A DNA stretch of 64,000 nt from Treponema sp. (GCA_045586625.1 JAZNAS010000108.1:28467-92466); one strand, 5' to 3'. Positions 53,960-64,000 are shown, counted from the stretch's first letter. Translations and numbers: made by a program. The notes: a model not told the origin generated them from the letters alone.

Positions 53960-55834
53960 ATGAATAAAAAAGAATTGCTTCAGTTGGCACAAGAGATACG
54001 AAAAACTATCATTGATGTGGTTGGCAAAAATGGAGGCCATCTTGCCAGTAATCTTGGTGTGGTGGAGTTAACCATTGCCCTCCACCGTGTGTTTGAAAGT
54101 CCTAAAGATGCCTTTGTATGGGACGTAAGCCATCAAAGCTATACCCACAAATTGCTCACCGGACGATACTCCTCTTTCCATACCCTTCGCAAAAAGGGCG
54201 GTATGTCAGGCTTTACAAAACGTTCTGAAAGTCCCCACGATTTCTTTGATGCGGGGCACTCCTCCACCTCCGTGTCCTCTGGCTTGGGGCTGTTGATTGG
54301 CCGAGGTCTCCAAAATCAAGAAGGAAAGGTAGTGGCCATTATTGGAGATGGTGCCTTGACTGGTGGAATGGCCATGGAGGCCCTATCCCATGCAGGACAG
54401 CTTTCCAAAAACTTGATAGTGGTTTTGAATGACAACCAAATGTCCATCAGCCAGAACACCGGTTCCCTGTCCCGTCATTTAAGCCGCCTTACCATGACCT
54501 CATCCTACCAGTCATTCCGTTTTGGCATCGATCGGTTTGTAGACAAGATACCACTTCTGGGTAAAGGCTGCTCCAAATTTATTTTTAGGTTCAAGCGTTC
54601 TCTCAAGGCTCTGTTGTTTCCCACCAATCTTTTTGTGGATCTAGGATTTGAATATGTTGGTCCCCTGAACGGTCATAATGAGGCGGAGCTGGAGGAGGTC
54701 TTTCGGAAGGTACGAAAGCTTAATCGACCAGTTGTGGTGCATGTGGTGACTAAAAAGGGACGGGGCTACAGCTATGCGGAAAATGACCCTGCGACCTTCC
54801 ATGGAATTGGCCCCTTCTGCACCTCTGACGGAACGGTGGAAAAGTTCGATACCTTGAGCTATACAGAAGCCTTTTCCAATGCCTTGCTGGATTTGGCAGA
54901 GAAGGATAGCCGCATTGTGGCCATTACTGCCGCCATGTCCAAGGGAACTGGGCTTGCACCCTTTTCCCGCAAATATCCCGGTCGCTTCTTTGACGTGGGA
55001 ATTGCCGAGCAGCATGGGGTGACCTTTGCCGGTGGCCTTTCTGCTGCGGGGCTGATGCCTGTTGTTGCAATTTACTCCACCTTTATGCAGCGAGCCATGG
55101 ATCAGCTGATTCATGACATAGCTATTCCTGCTGCCCCTGCTGTATTTGTGCTTGATAGGGCTGGTGCCGTCCCTGATGATGGGGAAACCCACCAAGGAGC
55201 CTTTGACATTGCCCTTATTCGTTCGGTGCCCAATATGATTATGATGGCACCTGCCTCGGCAAGGGAAATCCAGCTCTTTTTGGACTGGGCTGTGAATCGG
55301 AAGGCTCCTGTGGTGCTTCGTCATCCAAAAACCTCCTGTCCCTCAGAGCAAGAGGCCTTTGCCCAGCCAGTGGAAGAAGGGCGGGGCGTTTTGCTGCGTT
55401 GTCACGATATGGTGGCTTCTGAAAGTGCCAGCTTGCCGGATACGCAGGCTCCATTGCTGATTGTTTGTACTGGCGGTATTTTTTCAGAGACCTTGGCTGC
55501 AGCCCGTAATTTGGTGCTACATAACATTTTGGTGGATGTATACAATCTGCGGTTCATTAAGCCCATCGACACGGAATTCTTCCTTCAGACAGCGGCTCCC
55601 TATCGGGCGGTGCTTTTTGTGGAGGACGGTATCTTGCAGGGTGGTATCAGTGAGGTTTTGGAAAGCCTTGTGGTGCAGCGGTTCCCGGAAATGAAGACTC
55701 ATATTCACGCCCTGCCAGACAGATTCCTGGCGGTGGGAAAACGGAATGAGATTTTGGAGGAATGTGGCCTTGATGCCAAGTCTCTGGCTCAAAGCGCCCA
55801 GGACTTGATAAACAGGATTTCTACCCATGATTGA
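53960..55834 (+). CDS. dxs: 1-deoxy-D-xylulose-5-phosphate synthase
   Basis: GGHLASNLGVVELT, the TPP motif IIGDGALTGGMAMEAL, and DVGIAEQH. Confidence 0.95.
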   Translation: MNKKELLQLAQEIRKTIIDVVGKNGGHLASNLGVVELTIALHRVFESPKDAFVWDVSHQSYTHKLLTGRYSSFHTLRKKGGMSGFTKRSESPHDFFDAGHSSTSVSSGLGLLIGRGLQNQEGKVVAIIGDGALTGGMAMEALSHAGQLSKNLIVVLNDNQMSISQNTGSLSRHLSRLTMTSSYQSFRFGIDRFVDKIPLLGKGCSKFIFRFKRSLKALLFPTNLFVDLGFEYVGPLNGHNEAELEEVFRKVRKLNRPVVVHVVTKKGRGYSYAENDPATFHGIGPFCTSDGTVEKFDTLSYTEAFSNALLDLAEKDSRIVAITAAMSKGTGLAPFSRKYPGRFFDVGIAEQHGVTFAGGLSAAGLMPVVAIYSTFMQRAMDQLIHDIAIPAAPAVFVLDRAGAVPDDGETHQGAFDIALIRSVPNMIMMAPASAREIQLFLDWAVNRKAPVVLRHPKTSCPSEQEAFAQPVEEGRGVLLRCHDMVASESASLPDTQAPLLIVCTGGIFSETLAAARNLVLHNILVDVYNLRFIKPIDTEFFLQTAAPYRAVLFVEDGILQGGISEVLESLVVQRFPEMKTHIHALPDRFLAVGKRNEILEECGLDAKSLAQSAQDLINRISTHD

Positions 55835-56675
55835 CGGAGGTGGCTCTGATTCCAAAACCTCCAAGGTTCGCATCATGGGGATTGTCAACGTGACCCCCGA
55901 TTCCTTTTGGAAGGGCAGCCGTGGTTTGGGTCACCAAGGAGCTGAGCTGGCTTTAAGATTAGTGGAAGAAGGGGCTGACATCCTTGATTTAGGTGCTGAG
56001 TCAAGCAGACCCGGTTCTGAATATGTGGAGGCAGAAGAAGAGATTGTGAGACTGCTGCCTGTCATAGAAGAAATCCGACGCTACAGCTCCGTGCCCCTTT
56101 CCATCGATACCAGAAAAAAAGCTGTTATGGAAGCAGCTTGGCAGCAAGGAGCTTCCATTGTGAATGATATATCTGCCTTGGAGGATGACCCTGAGCTGGG
56201 AGTTTTTGCGGCACAAAAGGGCTTGCCAGTGATTCTCATGCACAAGCAGGGAATTCCTTCCACAATGCAGGATAATCCTTTGAGCGACAATGCCTTGCAC
56301 CAAGTTGACGAATATTTGCAGCGGCGGGTGCAGGTGGCCTTGTCTTTAGGCATAGAGTCGGATAAAATATGGTTGGATCCTGGAATCGGTTTTGGAAAGG
56401 ATTTTCAGGCCAACAAGATTCTTGTTGCAGAATGTGGCGCACTCTGTGGAGGCCAGTATCCCGTGGTAATGGGAGTGTCCCGCAAGTCCTTTGTAGCCCA
56501 AATGATAGGCAGAAATTCCGCTCCAGAAGACAGGCTTGCAGGAACCTTGGCTACAAATATGGTGGCTGTGATGGCGGGTGCTTCGATTTTACGGGTGCAT
56601 GATGTGGCCGCCACACGAGATATGCTTTTGGTGTTGGAGAATTTGAAAAGTGAATGGATTGGCAGCATTAGCTAA
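55827..56675 (+). CDS. folP: dihydropteroate synthase
   Basis: IMGIVNVTPDSFW, DLGAESSRPG, and DPGIGFGK. It overlaps dxs by 8 nt. Confidence 0.92.
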   Translation: MIDGGGSDSKTSKVRIMGIVNVTPDSFWKGSRGLGHQGAELALRLVEEGADILDLGAESSRPGSEYVEAEEEIVRLLPVIEEIRRYSSVPLSIDTRKKAVMEAAWQQGASIVNDISALEDDPELGVFAAQKGLPVILMHKQGIPSTMQDNPLSDNALHQVDEYLQRRVQVALSLGIESDKIWLDPGIGFGKDFQANKILVAECGALCGGQYPVVMGVSRKSFVAQMIGRNSAPEDRLAGTLATNMVAVMAGASILRVHDVAATRDMLLVLENLKSEWIGSIS

Positions 56676-57492
56676 CATCTACAATTACATTCGGCCGGTA
56701 ATAGACATTTGTTTTTTGACCTTTATCCTGTACAAGGCCTATGAGGTGCTGGTAAAGACAAATGGCTTGCAGCTATTGAAGGTTGTCATTATTTTGGGTG
56801 TGGCCTACGTTTTGGCGAGTACCCTTAAGTTGTCCCTGTTGCTGTGGATTCTCAACTACCTGACTCCTAGCCTCTTGGTGGGATTTTTCGTGGTATTCCA
56901 GCCTGAAGTGCGTAAAATGATTCTTCGCCTTGGCCAAACTGAGTGGCGTCCCAGCAAGAAGAAAAAGCATATGTATGTGGATTCCGTTTTGACCTCTGCA
57001 GAGGAGCTGTCCCAGCGGCGGCGGGGAATGCTGGTGGTGTTTGCCGGAAAAACCGACATTCAAGGTGTCATCGATTCTGGTACCGTCATCAACGCCCTGG
57101 TAACCTCATCTCTTTTGAGTACGATTTTTGAGTTCGATACAAAGCTCCACGATGGAGCGGTAGTTATTCGTGGTGGCCGCATTATTTCAGCAGGCTGCTT
57201 TTTGCCAGTGTCAGAGCAATACGATATAGAAAAAACCTTTGGTACCCGCCACCGTGCCGCACTGGGACTGTCTGAACAAACAGATGCCATTATCTTGGTG
57301 GTGTCCGAGGAAACGGGAGCCTTGAGTGTGGCCTGTGAGTCACGCCTGTACTATGACCTGTCCTTGGATCAGGTGCGCAAGATGCTGGAAAATCATCTGG
57401 AGCTTTCCGACGAGAACTTCACTTCCATGGAGGATGAGGCAAAGACTGCCACCGTGGAACAGCGGAAGGAGGAAGTGCATGAAAATTCATGA
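56650..57492 (+). CDS. cdaA: diadenylate cyclase CdaA
   Basis: Three N-terminal TM helices, then a DAC domain with DGAVVIRGGRI, GTRHRAALGLSE and LVVSEETGALSVA. The GTG start overlaps folP. Confidence 0.9.
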   Translation: MNGLAALANIYNYIRPVIDICFLTFILYKAYEVLVKTNGLQLLKVVIILGVAYVLASTLKLSLLLWILNYLTPSLLVGFFVVFQPEVRKMILRLGQTEWRPSKKKKHMYVDSVLTSAEELSQRRRGMLVVFAGKTDIQGVIDSGTVINALVTSSLLSTIFEFDTKLHDGAVVIRGGRIISAGCFLPVSEQYDIEKTFGTRHRAALGLSEQTDAIILVVSEETGALSVACESRLYYDLSLDQVRKMLENHLELSDENFTSMEDEAKTATVEQRKEEVHENS

Positions 57493-58624
57493 GTTTTACA
57501 AGGTTTTCAGAAGGAATTGGCCCGTAAAGCTGGTGTGTTTTGTACTGGCTGTTTTCATCTATTTTTTCTATCTTACTGCTACCATTCAGGAAAAAAACTT
57601 GCCGGTGTCCTTGGAGGTTTCTTCCCAGGGAGTGACGCTGCCTACCCAGACCTTGCCAACCCACATAAAGGTTTCCCTCAAGGGACGTCCTGAGGATCTT
57701 GCCCGCATCACTGAAAAAAATATTTCTGCCTTGGTCAATCTTGATCATTACACAGAGGCTGGAAAATATACGGTTCCAGTGGAAATCCTCTTGGCTCCTG
57801 AAATTTTAGGGATTGAGCCTCTAGAGGTAACTGCGGACAGGAGCTTTTTGGATATAACTATTGTCCAAAAAGATAGAAAACAAATTCCTGTGGAAGCAGA
57901 GATTCAGGGAACTCCAGCTTCAGGATATGAGATCAGTGATATTTCTATAGTACCTTCTACTATCGGAGTGTCTGGTGCGAAATCCATTTTGGAAGCTTTG
58001 GAAAGGGTATCTACCGAGGCAATTTCTGTTGATGAAAAGCGAACCTCTTTTTCACAAAAAATACCTGTTCGTAGTGAAAGTCCGTTGCTTACCTACAACG
58101 AGGCGGAGGTAACGGTTACAGTGACTATTCAGCCCAGTACCACCAGCCGCCGCTTTGTTGACCAAACTATTTACCTATACGGAGTGAATCCGTTGTTTGA
58201 GGCCCAAACTGACCCAGAACGGTTAACCTTTACCCTTACGGGAAATCAAAATCAGCTGGAGGCCTTTGTGCCAGAATTGCATACCGTTCGCTTGGATTGT
58301 TCTGTACTAACAGAGCCTGGAACCTATGAATTGCCAGTGGAGGTGGTGCTGCCCAATGGAATCCGCCTCGTATCCCAAAGCTCACGAACCGCACAGGTAT
58401 CCTTGGTACCCCTGGCTGGAGATGAATTGGAAAATAGTGTTGATGGGGAATATATCCAGGTTACAACGGAGAGAGTTGATAAAGCCAAGGGGGAAGGGGA
58501 GGGCTCAGCTACAAATGATAGTCCAGGTACCGGGGGACAGGCGGTTCAAAATGCTGGGGCTTTGTCAGCAGATGCAAGTGTCCCTCCCCACAGTGCTGTT
58601 ACCCCAGTTGTACAGGAAGAGTGA
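57479..58624 (+). CDS. cdaR: YbbR-domain protein (CdaR-like regulator of CdaA)
   Basis: ATG 57479 overlaps cdaA by 14 nt. It has a single TM helix followed by repeated YbbR-like beta modules (...VPVEIL..., ...IPVEAEI..., ...LPVEVVL...). Confidence 0.7.
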   Translation: MKIHEFYKVFRRNWPVKLVCFVLAVFIYFFYLTATIQEKNLPVSLEVSSQGVTLPTQTLPTHIKVSLKGRPEDLARITEKNISALVNLDHYTEAGKYTVPVEILLAPEILGIEPLEVTADRSFLDITIVQKDRKQIPVEAEIQGTPASGYEISDISIVPSTIGVSGAKSILEALERVSTEAISVDEKRTSFSQKIPVRSESPLLTYNEAEVTVTVTIQPSTTSRRFVDQTIYLYGVNPLFEAQTDPERLTFTLTGNQNQLEAFVPELHTVRLDCSVLTEPGTYELPVEVVLPNGIRLVSQSSRTAQVSLVPLAGDELENSVDGEYIQVTTERVDKAKGEGEGSATNDSPGTGGQAVQNAGALSADASVPPHSAVTPVVQEE

Positions 58625-58670
58625 TTTTTCTCTTTTTGATTTTTGTTTTGCCGATATTTAAACGAGCAGT

Positions 58671-59084
58671 ATGATTGTAGGAATTGGAGTGGATATAGTC
58701 CAAATAGATCGGTTTATTCCTTGGACAGAAAATCAGGATCTGATGAAGCGTTTTTTTTCAGAAGGGGAGCTGCAATGCCTTGAGAATAGGGCTGATATGG
58801 CTCAAGCCCTGGCAGTACGCTTTGCAGCCAAGGAAGCCTTTGGCAAGGCCCTTGGAACAGGATTGCGGAATTTGGTGCTGAAGGATATTCAAGTTCAGCA
58901 GGATGAGCTGGGAAAGCCACATCTTGGTCTTTCTGGCTCTGCAAAAAAAGCATTGCAAGAATCGGGTGCTACTGTTGTCCATGTATCTTTAAGTCATGAT
59001 GGAAATTATGGCATTGCCTATGTAGTGTTGGAAGGGCAAGCTTCGGAGGAAAAATATGCTGAGAACAAGCAAAAAAAACGTTAA
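58671..59084 (+). CDS. acpS: holo-ACP synthase
   Basis: MIVGIGVDIVQIDRF..., FAAKEAFGKALGTG, and SLSHDGNYG. Confidence 0.92.
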   Translation: MIVGIGVDIVQIDRFIPWTENQDLMKRFFSEGELQCLENRADMAQALAVRFAAKEAFGKALGTGLRNLVLKDIQVQQDELGKPHLGLSGSAKKALQESGATVVHVSLSHDGNYGIAYVVLEGQASEEKYAENKQKKR

Positions 59085-59961
59085 TACTGGGAAAAAGCCT
59101 GCTATTTCCTTTTACACAAAGGAAAAGATGACTTGTACTGTTTGCCGCAAGCCCTTCCCGAGGGAAGAAATGCTCAGTGGTAGTGGTCGTATGATTGCTG
59201 GAGAATTGACAGACGAGCTCCATCGTGTTTTTGAGCCTTCTGTAAAGTATGGCCAGATATATCCCTTGATTTATTCCGTGGGAGCCTGTCCAAATTGTCA
59301 TGCCGCCTTGCTGTGGAACGATTTTAAGCCTCTTTCCTCTGCAGAAGCTGAAAAGATTCTTGAGAAGGAAGAGGTTCGTCGAAAAAAAGTAGAAACAATT
59401 TTTCCCCATTACAACTTGAATCGGGAACGGACAGTTTTTGATGGAGCTGCCATGTATTATCTTGCCTTGCTGACTTATGAGTATATGCCTAAAAGTTCTT
59501 CTCCCACCATCAAAAAGGCAATCATTTCCTTGCGGTTGGCGTGGCTCTGTGGCTACCTTCACAAATTGATGCCAGACAGAAATTATGATTATGTTCAGCA
59601 GGTGTTTTACCGAAAGGCTCTGTTCTTCTATCCTTTAGCCTTGGAATATGAAACTGGACGTGTGGAGAGCATTGCAGGTGTGGCAAATTTTGGGCCAGAT
59701 ATTGATAAAAACTACGGCTACGACGGAGTTATCTATCTTTCTGGTCTGCTTGAATATAAGTATGGCCAGCGGGAGGACATTCCTGCCCGCCTAAAGAAGC
59801 TGGACGAGAACAAGCGTGCCATCGCTCGAATCTTTGGTTTGGGGAAGTCCTCCAAGGAAAAGCCAGGCCCCCTGTTGGAGCATTCTCGAAATCTTTACGA
59901 TAATTTGACAAAGGAGCTAAAGGAAGCTTCTGAAATCGATTTTATTGATGATGATGAGTAG
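59056..59961 (+). CDS. DUF2225-type zinc-ribbon/TPR-like protein
   Basis: ISFYTKEKMTCTVCRKPFPREEMLSGSGRM...CPNCHAALL matches the DUF2225 N-terminal pattern. Confidence 0.65.
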   Translation: MLRTSKKNVNTGKKPAISFYTKEKMTCTVCRKPFPREEMLSGSGRMIAGELTDELHRVFEPSVKYGQIYPLIYSVGACPNCHAALLWNDFKPLSSAEAEKILEKEEVRRKKVETIFPHYNLNRERTVFDGAAMYYLALLTYEYMPKSSSPTIKKAIISLRLAWLCGYLHKLMPDRNYDYVQQVFYRKALFFYPLALEYETGRVESIAGVANFGPDIDKNYGYDGVIYLSGLLEYKYGQREDIPARLKKLDENKRAIARIFGLGKSSKEKPGPLLEHSRNLYDNLTKELKEASEIDFIDDDE

Positions 59962-59967
59962 GCAAGG

Positions 59968-60825
59968 ATGAGTCGGCAATCAGTATCTGAAGAAACCACG
60001 ACCTGCGAGACACAGCTGTGTGGACAAGTTCAAAGAAACAAAGCCCCTGCTGGAAAGAATATTCATCTTACCATTTCCTACGATGGCACCCATTTTTGCG
60101 GCTGGCAACGGCAGGACAAGGCTGCTGCTGGCAAGCCGGTGCGAACCGTTCAGGGGGAGCTGGAAAAGGCCCTGGAAAAGCTTGCCAAGGAGCCGGTGCA
60201 GCTTGTTGGCTCTGGTCGCACTGATTCTGGGGTTCATGCCTATGGTCAGGCTGCCAACTTTTATTCCCCCATTGCCTCCATGCCAGCGGAAAGCTACATT
60301 CCGGCCTTGAACAGTATTCTTCCCAAGGATATTCGTGTACGGGCAGCACGATTGGCGGAACCTGACTTCCATTCACGTTTTTCAGCCATTTCACGAACAT
60401 ATCGCTACTTTTTGTATCCAGAAGCCACACCACCAGCCCATCTCATGCCCTACGTGTGGCCCCTGTGCCGTCGCCCTCATCTAAAAACCTTAAATCAAAT
60501 GGCAGCCTGCCTCCAAGGTGAGCTTGATTGTACCACCTTTGCCTCAGCAGGTGACGCAAGTCCTTCCAAGTTCCGCTACCTTGAGTCTGCGGTCTTTTAT
60601 CCTGAAGGCCAGCAGCTTGTTTTTGAGATTTCTGCCAACGCTTTTTTGTGGAAGATGGTCCGCTCAATAGTAGGCTCCCTGATTCATTATGAGGCCCAGG
60701 GAAAGGATGCTGCGTTTTTTAGGGAAATAGTAGAAAAAAAAGATAGGAGTCTTGTAGGCCCCACAGCACCTCCCCAGGGCTTGTTTCTGTGGAATGTGAG
60801 CTTTTCAGGCCAACGCCGCCATTAA
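59968..60825 (+). CDS. truA: tRNA pseudouridine(38-40) synthase TruA
   Basis: LTISYDGTHFCGWQRQ and the catalytic GSGRTDSGVHAYGQ. Confidence 0.92.
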   Translation: MSRQSVSEETTTCETQLCGQVQRNKAPAGKNIHLTISYDGTHFCGWQRQDKAAAGKPVRTVQGELEKALEKLAKEPVQLVGSGRTDSGVHAYGQAANFYSPIASMPAESYIPALNSILPKDIRVRAARLAEPDFHSRFSAISRTYRYFLYPEATPPAHLMPYVWPLCRRPHLKTLNQMAACLQGELDCTTFASAGDASPSKFRYLESAVFYPEGQQLVFEISANAFLWKMVRSIVGSLIHYEAQGKDAAFFREIVEKKDRSLVGPTAPPQGLFLWNVSFSGQRRH

Positions 60826-60833
60826 TTGTATCT

Positions 60834-62861
60834 TTACAGCAAATTCACTGGATCCACATCGATTTCCACATACACCTTCTGGGGAGCCTTGTAGCCGTAG
60901 ACAAAGCCGTTACAGAGATGGTGGAGGGGAGCCATTTCTTTTGCTCGCAATAGCACTTGCCAGCGGTGGTTCGCCGCAATCATGGCCAGCGGGCATTCCG
61001 AGGGACCCAGCAGGTCCACCAGCAGGCTATTCTTTTCAATTTCCCGAAGAAAGATTTGGGCGGCGCCACGGGCAGCCTTTTGTGCCTCGCTTTGATTTGC
61101 CGAGCGGAACACCAGCCGCACCAAGCGGGCAAAGGGAGGAAAGCCCAATATTTCCCGCTGCTGGATTTCCTGCTGATAAAATCCTTCGGTGTCGCCCCTG
61201 CAGGCATAGGCGATGGCCTCCCGTTGGGGGCTAAAGCTCTGGACAATCACCTTGCCGTCGGGAAAGAAACGGCCTGCCCGTCCTGCAACCTGGGTGATAA
61301 GGGAAAAGGTTCGCTCCGCAGCCCGAAAGTCTGGCATATGGAGGCCTGTATCCGCCATAACCACACCCACCAGCTTTAAGTTCGGGAAATTCAATCCCTT
61401 GGCTACCATCTGGGTTCCCAGCAATATGTCGATGTTGCCCTGACGAAAATCCTTGATTTTTTCCTGAAGCTCTCCCTTCCTGGTGATGCTGTCGGTGTCG
61501 ATGCGGCTGATTCGGGCTTGGGGGAATTTAGCCCGTGTTTCAGCTTCGATGAATTCCGTGCCGAAGCCAGAATATCCCACGTCCAGGGAGCCACATTGGG
61601 GGCAGAGCTTGGGTGGCTCCATGCTCCAGCCGCAATAATGGCACCGCAATCGTCCCTGGGACTTGTGGTAGGTGAGGGCCACGGAGCAGTTCTTGCATGT
61701 AAGCTCGTAGCCGCAGCTGTTGCAGCGGAAAAAGTGGGTAAAGCCCCGTCGGTTCAAGAAGAGGATGGTTTGTCGGCCCTCTTTTAAGGCCTCCCTGATT
61801 TCTTGGCACAGCTGGGATGAGAGGCAGCCTCCATCCTTGTTGTGGCTCAAGTCCACGCAGGTAATGTCTGGCACCTTGCCACCTGCCAGCCGTGTGGTCA
61901 GGCTATGCTTTTGGAATCTGCCTGTTTCCATCAAATGCCAGGCCTCCACAGAAGGTGTGGCACTTCCCATAACCAAGGGGATTCCCGCTTGACCGCAGCG
62001 GTACATGGCCACCTGCCGGGCGTGGTAGCGGGGAGTGGAGCCAGACTTGTAGGAGCCGTCATGCTCCTCGTCTATGATGATGAGGCCTAGGTTTGGAACC
62101 GGGGCAAAGACGGCGCTGCGAACTCCAATCACCACGGTGGCCTCCTGGCGAATAATTCGTGTCCATTCCTTCAACCGCTGGCTTGGGCTCAGGTTTGAGT
62201 GGAGGATGGCCACCGTGTCACCGAAACGCCGCACCACTGACTCCACCACCTGATGGGTGAGGCTGATTTCTGGCACCAGATAGATGATTCCCTTCCCTTG
62301 GGAAAGGATTCTTTCTGCCACGGAAAGAAACACCTCAGTCTTCCCCGTACCAGTGGGGCCGTACAGGTAGTGGATGGGAGTGCCTTGCCGTTTTTCTTCT
62401 GGGCTGGGAAGAAGGATGGCCTCTACTGCCGCCTGCTGCTCTTGGGAAAGGGTGCAAGGCTCAAATTCCAAGCCTCCCTCGCTCAGGGAAAGTCCGGGGC
62501 CCTCCGTTTCCCGCTTGCCGGAGGGAATCATGGTGGCAAGGGCCTCTCCCTGGCTACAAAAATAATAGCGGGCCATCCAGCGGGCAAGATTCAGGTGCTC
62601 CTGGGAAAACACTGGCTGGGAATCGAGAATCTTTTGGATGGGCTTTATCTTTTCCGCTGGAATCCCAAGGTTTTCTGGAAGGGATTGGTGGAGGGCCACC
62701 ACAAAGGCTGTCATCCGCCGGTTGCCGAACCGTACCTCCACCCGCTTGCCCACCGCAATCTCCTCCGCCAATTCTGGAGGACAGCTATAGGTAAAGCTTT
62801 GCTGAAGGGGAACGTTCACCAAGGTTTCCAGATACAGTTGGTTTTCACTCTGATTTGTCAT
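60834..62861 (-). CDS. priA: primosomal protein N' (replication restart helicase PriA)
   Basis: Walker A GPTGTGKTE, DEEH box IIIDEEHD, and the Cys-rich insert CNSCGYELTCKNCSVALTYH...LRCHYCG. Confidence 0.93.
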   Translation of the reverse strand: MTNQSENQLYLETLVNVPLQQSFTYSCPPELAEEIAVGKRVEVRFGNRRMTAFVVALHQSLPENLGIPAEKIKPIQKILDSQPVFSQEHLNLARWMARYYFCSQGEALATMIPSGKRETEGPGLSLSEGGLEFEPCTLSQEQQAAVEAILLPSPEEKRQGTPIHYLYGPTGTGKTEVFLSVAERILSQGKGIIYLVPEISLTHQVVESVVRRFGDTVAILHSNLSPSQRLKEWTRIIRQEATVVIGVRSAVFAPVPNLGLIIIDEEHDGSYKSGSTPRYHARQVAMYRCGQAGIPLVMGSATPSVEAWHLMETGRFQKHSLTTRLAGGKVPDITCVDLSHNKDGGCLSSQLCQEIREALKEGRQTILFLNRRGFTHFFRCNSCGYELTCKNCSVALTYHKSQGRLRCHYCGWSMEPPKLCPQCGSLDVGYSGFGTEFIEAETRAKFPQARISRIDTDSITRKGELQEKIKDFRQGNIDILLGTQMVAKGLNFPNLKLVGVVMADTGLHMPDFRAAERTFSLITQVAGRAGRFFPDGKVIVQSFSPQREAIAYACRGDTEGFYQQEIQQREILGFPPFARLVRLVFRSANQSEAQKAARGAAQIFLREIEKNSLLVDLLGPSECPLAMIAANHRWQVLLRAKEMAPLHHLCNGFVYGYKAPQKVYVEIDVDPVNLL

Positions 62862-62872
62862 AGGCTTTTGTC

Positions 62873-63769
62873 CTACTGCTGAAAGAACCTATCGTAATCA
62901 GGGGAAAGCTGGGTCAGATGGGTTCTAAACACCTTCAAGTCCTCCCAGGCGGGGCGTTTAAGCTCCTGATTTCGTAGCAGGGCGCTGGGATGGTAGGTGG
63001 CCATCAGGGGGATTGAGTTGTAGCTGAGAATCTTTCCCCGCAGCTGTCCGATTCCCTGGCTGGTGCCCAGCAGGTTCTGGATGGCAATCCGTCCCACAGC
63101 AAGAATCATGGTGGGCTTCAGGATGGCAATCTGGGCCTCCAGATAGGAGCGGCAGGCCTCGCTTTCCTCTGGCTCTGGATCCCGGTTTTTGGGAGGGCGG
63201 CACTTGACGATGTTGGCGATGTAGCAGTTGGTGCTGCGGGAAAGGTTGATGGCTGCCAGCATCTTGTCCAAAAGCTGGCCTGCCACCCCCACAAAGGGCA
63301 GGCCCTGGATATCCTCGTCGGCACCAGGCCCCTCTCCAACCACCAGCACCGCGGGATTCAGCACGCCGGTTCCCGGCACTGCCTGTGTTCGTCCCTTGCA
63401 AAGCTTGCATCGCTGGCACTGCCTGATTTGGGCCTCCAGCCGCCCAATGACCTCCTGCCTGCGGGAAATCTCTTCTTGGGTCACCTCCTGAGGACTCCAA
63501 GCCAGCCTTTGCATTTGGGTGGCTTCTTGGAGAGACTCCTGGCCTCTGGGATTGGATGCAGGGATTTGTTCCCCGGAAGGATCGGGCCTGTTTTTCAGCT
63601 GGCTTTGCATATCGTAGCTGTCATCCTCAAACTGTGGAATCGCCCCGTCAAAGCTGGCGGAAGGATAGCCCTGGGGCCAGGCGGAAATGATGCGAAGATG
63701 GGAATACAGTTGATTTTTTTCGGAGGCAGTCATTCCTTTGATGATATACCAAAGGCTGGCTTTGTGCAA
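62873..63769 (-). CDS. family-4 uracil-DNA glycosylase with an N-terminal extension
   Basis: CQRCKLC...VVGEGPGADEDIQGLPFVGVAGQLL...HPSALLRN. The start is uncertain (TTG 63769 or ATG 63733). Confidence 0.85.
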   Translation of the reverse strand: MHKASLWYIIKGMTASEKNQLYSHLRIISAWPQGYPSASFDGAIPQFEDDSYDMQSQLKNRPDPSGEQIPASNPRGQESLQEATQMQRLAWSPQEVTQEEISRRQEVIGRLEAQIRQCQRCKLCKGRTQAVPGTGVLNPAVLVVGEGPGADEDIQGLPFVGVAGQLLDKMLAAINLSRSTNCYIANIVKCRPPKNRDPEPEESEACRSYLEAQIAILKPTMILAVGRIAIQNLLGTSQGIGQLRGKILSYNSIPLMATYHPSALLRNQELKRPAWEDLKVFRTHLTQLSPDYDRFFQQ

Positions 63770-63811
63770 GGAAGGGCGGAACTATGAAAATAGTTGCAAA
63801 ATTCACTATCC

Positions 63812-63839
63812 CTTGACATGTTTTTTCCTATACGTATAA
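63812..63839 (+). promoter_or_regulatory. near-consensus sigma70 promoter of yebC
   Basis: TTGACA-16-TATAAT. AAGGAG precedes ATG 63887. Confidence 0.65.
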
Positions 63840-63886
63840 TAGATACGTAAATTTTTTTGAAAAAGCATCTACGAATAAGGAGTTCC

Positions 63887-64000
63887 CATGTCAGGACATA
63901 GTAAATGGGCTACAATCAAGCACGCAAAGGGTGCTGCGGATGCCAAGCGTGGCCAGTTGTTTACAAAATTCATCAAGGAAATCTCTATTGCCGCTCGCAT
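63887..64000 (+). CDS. yebC: YebC/PmpR-family transcriptional regulator (5' part, runs off the window end)
   Basis: [37 protein letters not shown]. Confidence 0.9.

Overview
This is a 64-kb, densely coding chromosomal window from a flagellated spirochaete. It looks Treponema-like and is roughly 50% GC by eye, with GC-richer patches inside several core genes. I saw no rRNA, tRNA, CRISPR array, transposase or prophage. The first 15 kb is one same-strand block: ftsZ tail, xerD, TPR lipoprotein, dprA, topA, xerC, hslVU, then flgB-flgC-fliE-fliF-fliG-fliH-fliI-fliJ behind a clear sigma70-type promoter. The rest is mostly housekeeping. It includes thiI, an acyl-CoA ligase, argH, cydABDC, a polar amino-acid ABC importer, an OmpR/HK pair, rnhB, pyk, rpoZ, miaA, dxs, folP, cdaA-cdaR, acpS, truA, priA, a family-4 UDG and yebC, plus several envelope proteins with no recognisable family. 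Four observations stand out. (1) A G10/C10 homopolymer separates a complete promoter+RBS+ATG from the reading frame of a large surface sialidase lipoprotein. One extra C, or two fewer, would fuse them, so this is a candidate slipped-strand ON/OFF switch, or a homopolymer sequencing error. (2) Nine first-in-unit genes have an ATG 6-8 nt downstream of a -10 box and no Shine-Dalgarno, suggesting widespread leaderless mRNAs. (3) The last codons plus stop codon of a TGS/uridine-kinase-like gene are triplicated in frame as 30-bp units. (4) An unannotated 29-codon Lys/Arg-rich ORF has its own RBS and terminator. I found no clearly novel multi-gene system. The best candidate for uncharacterised biology is the translationally coupled secreted/membrane trio at 37.2-42.2 kb. 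All family calls rest on motifs read by eye, and no database search was possible.
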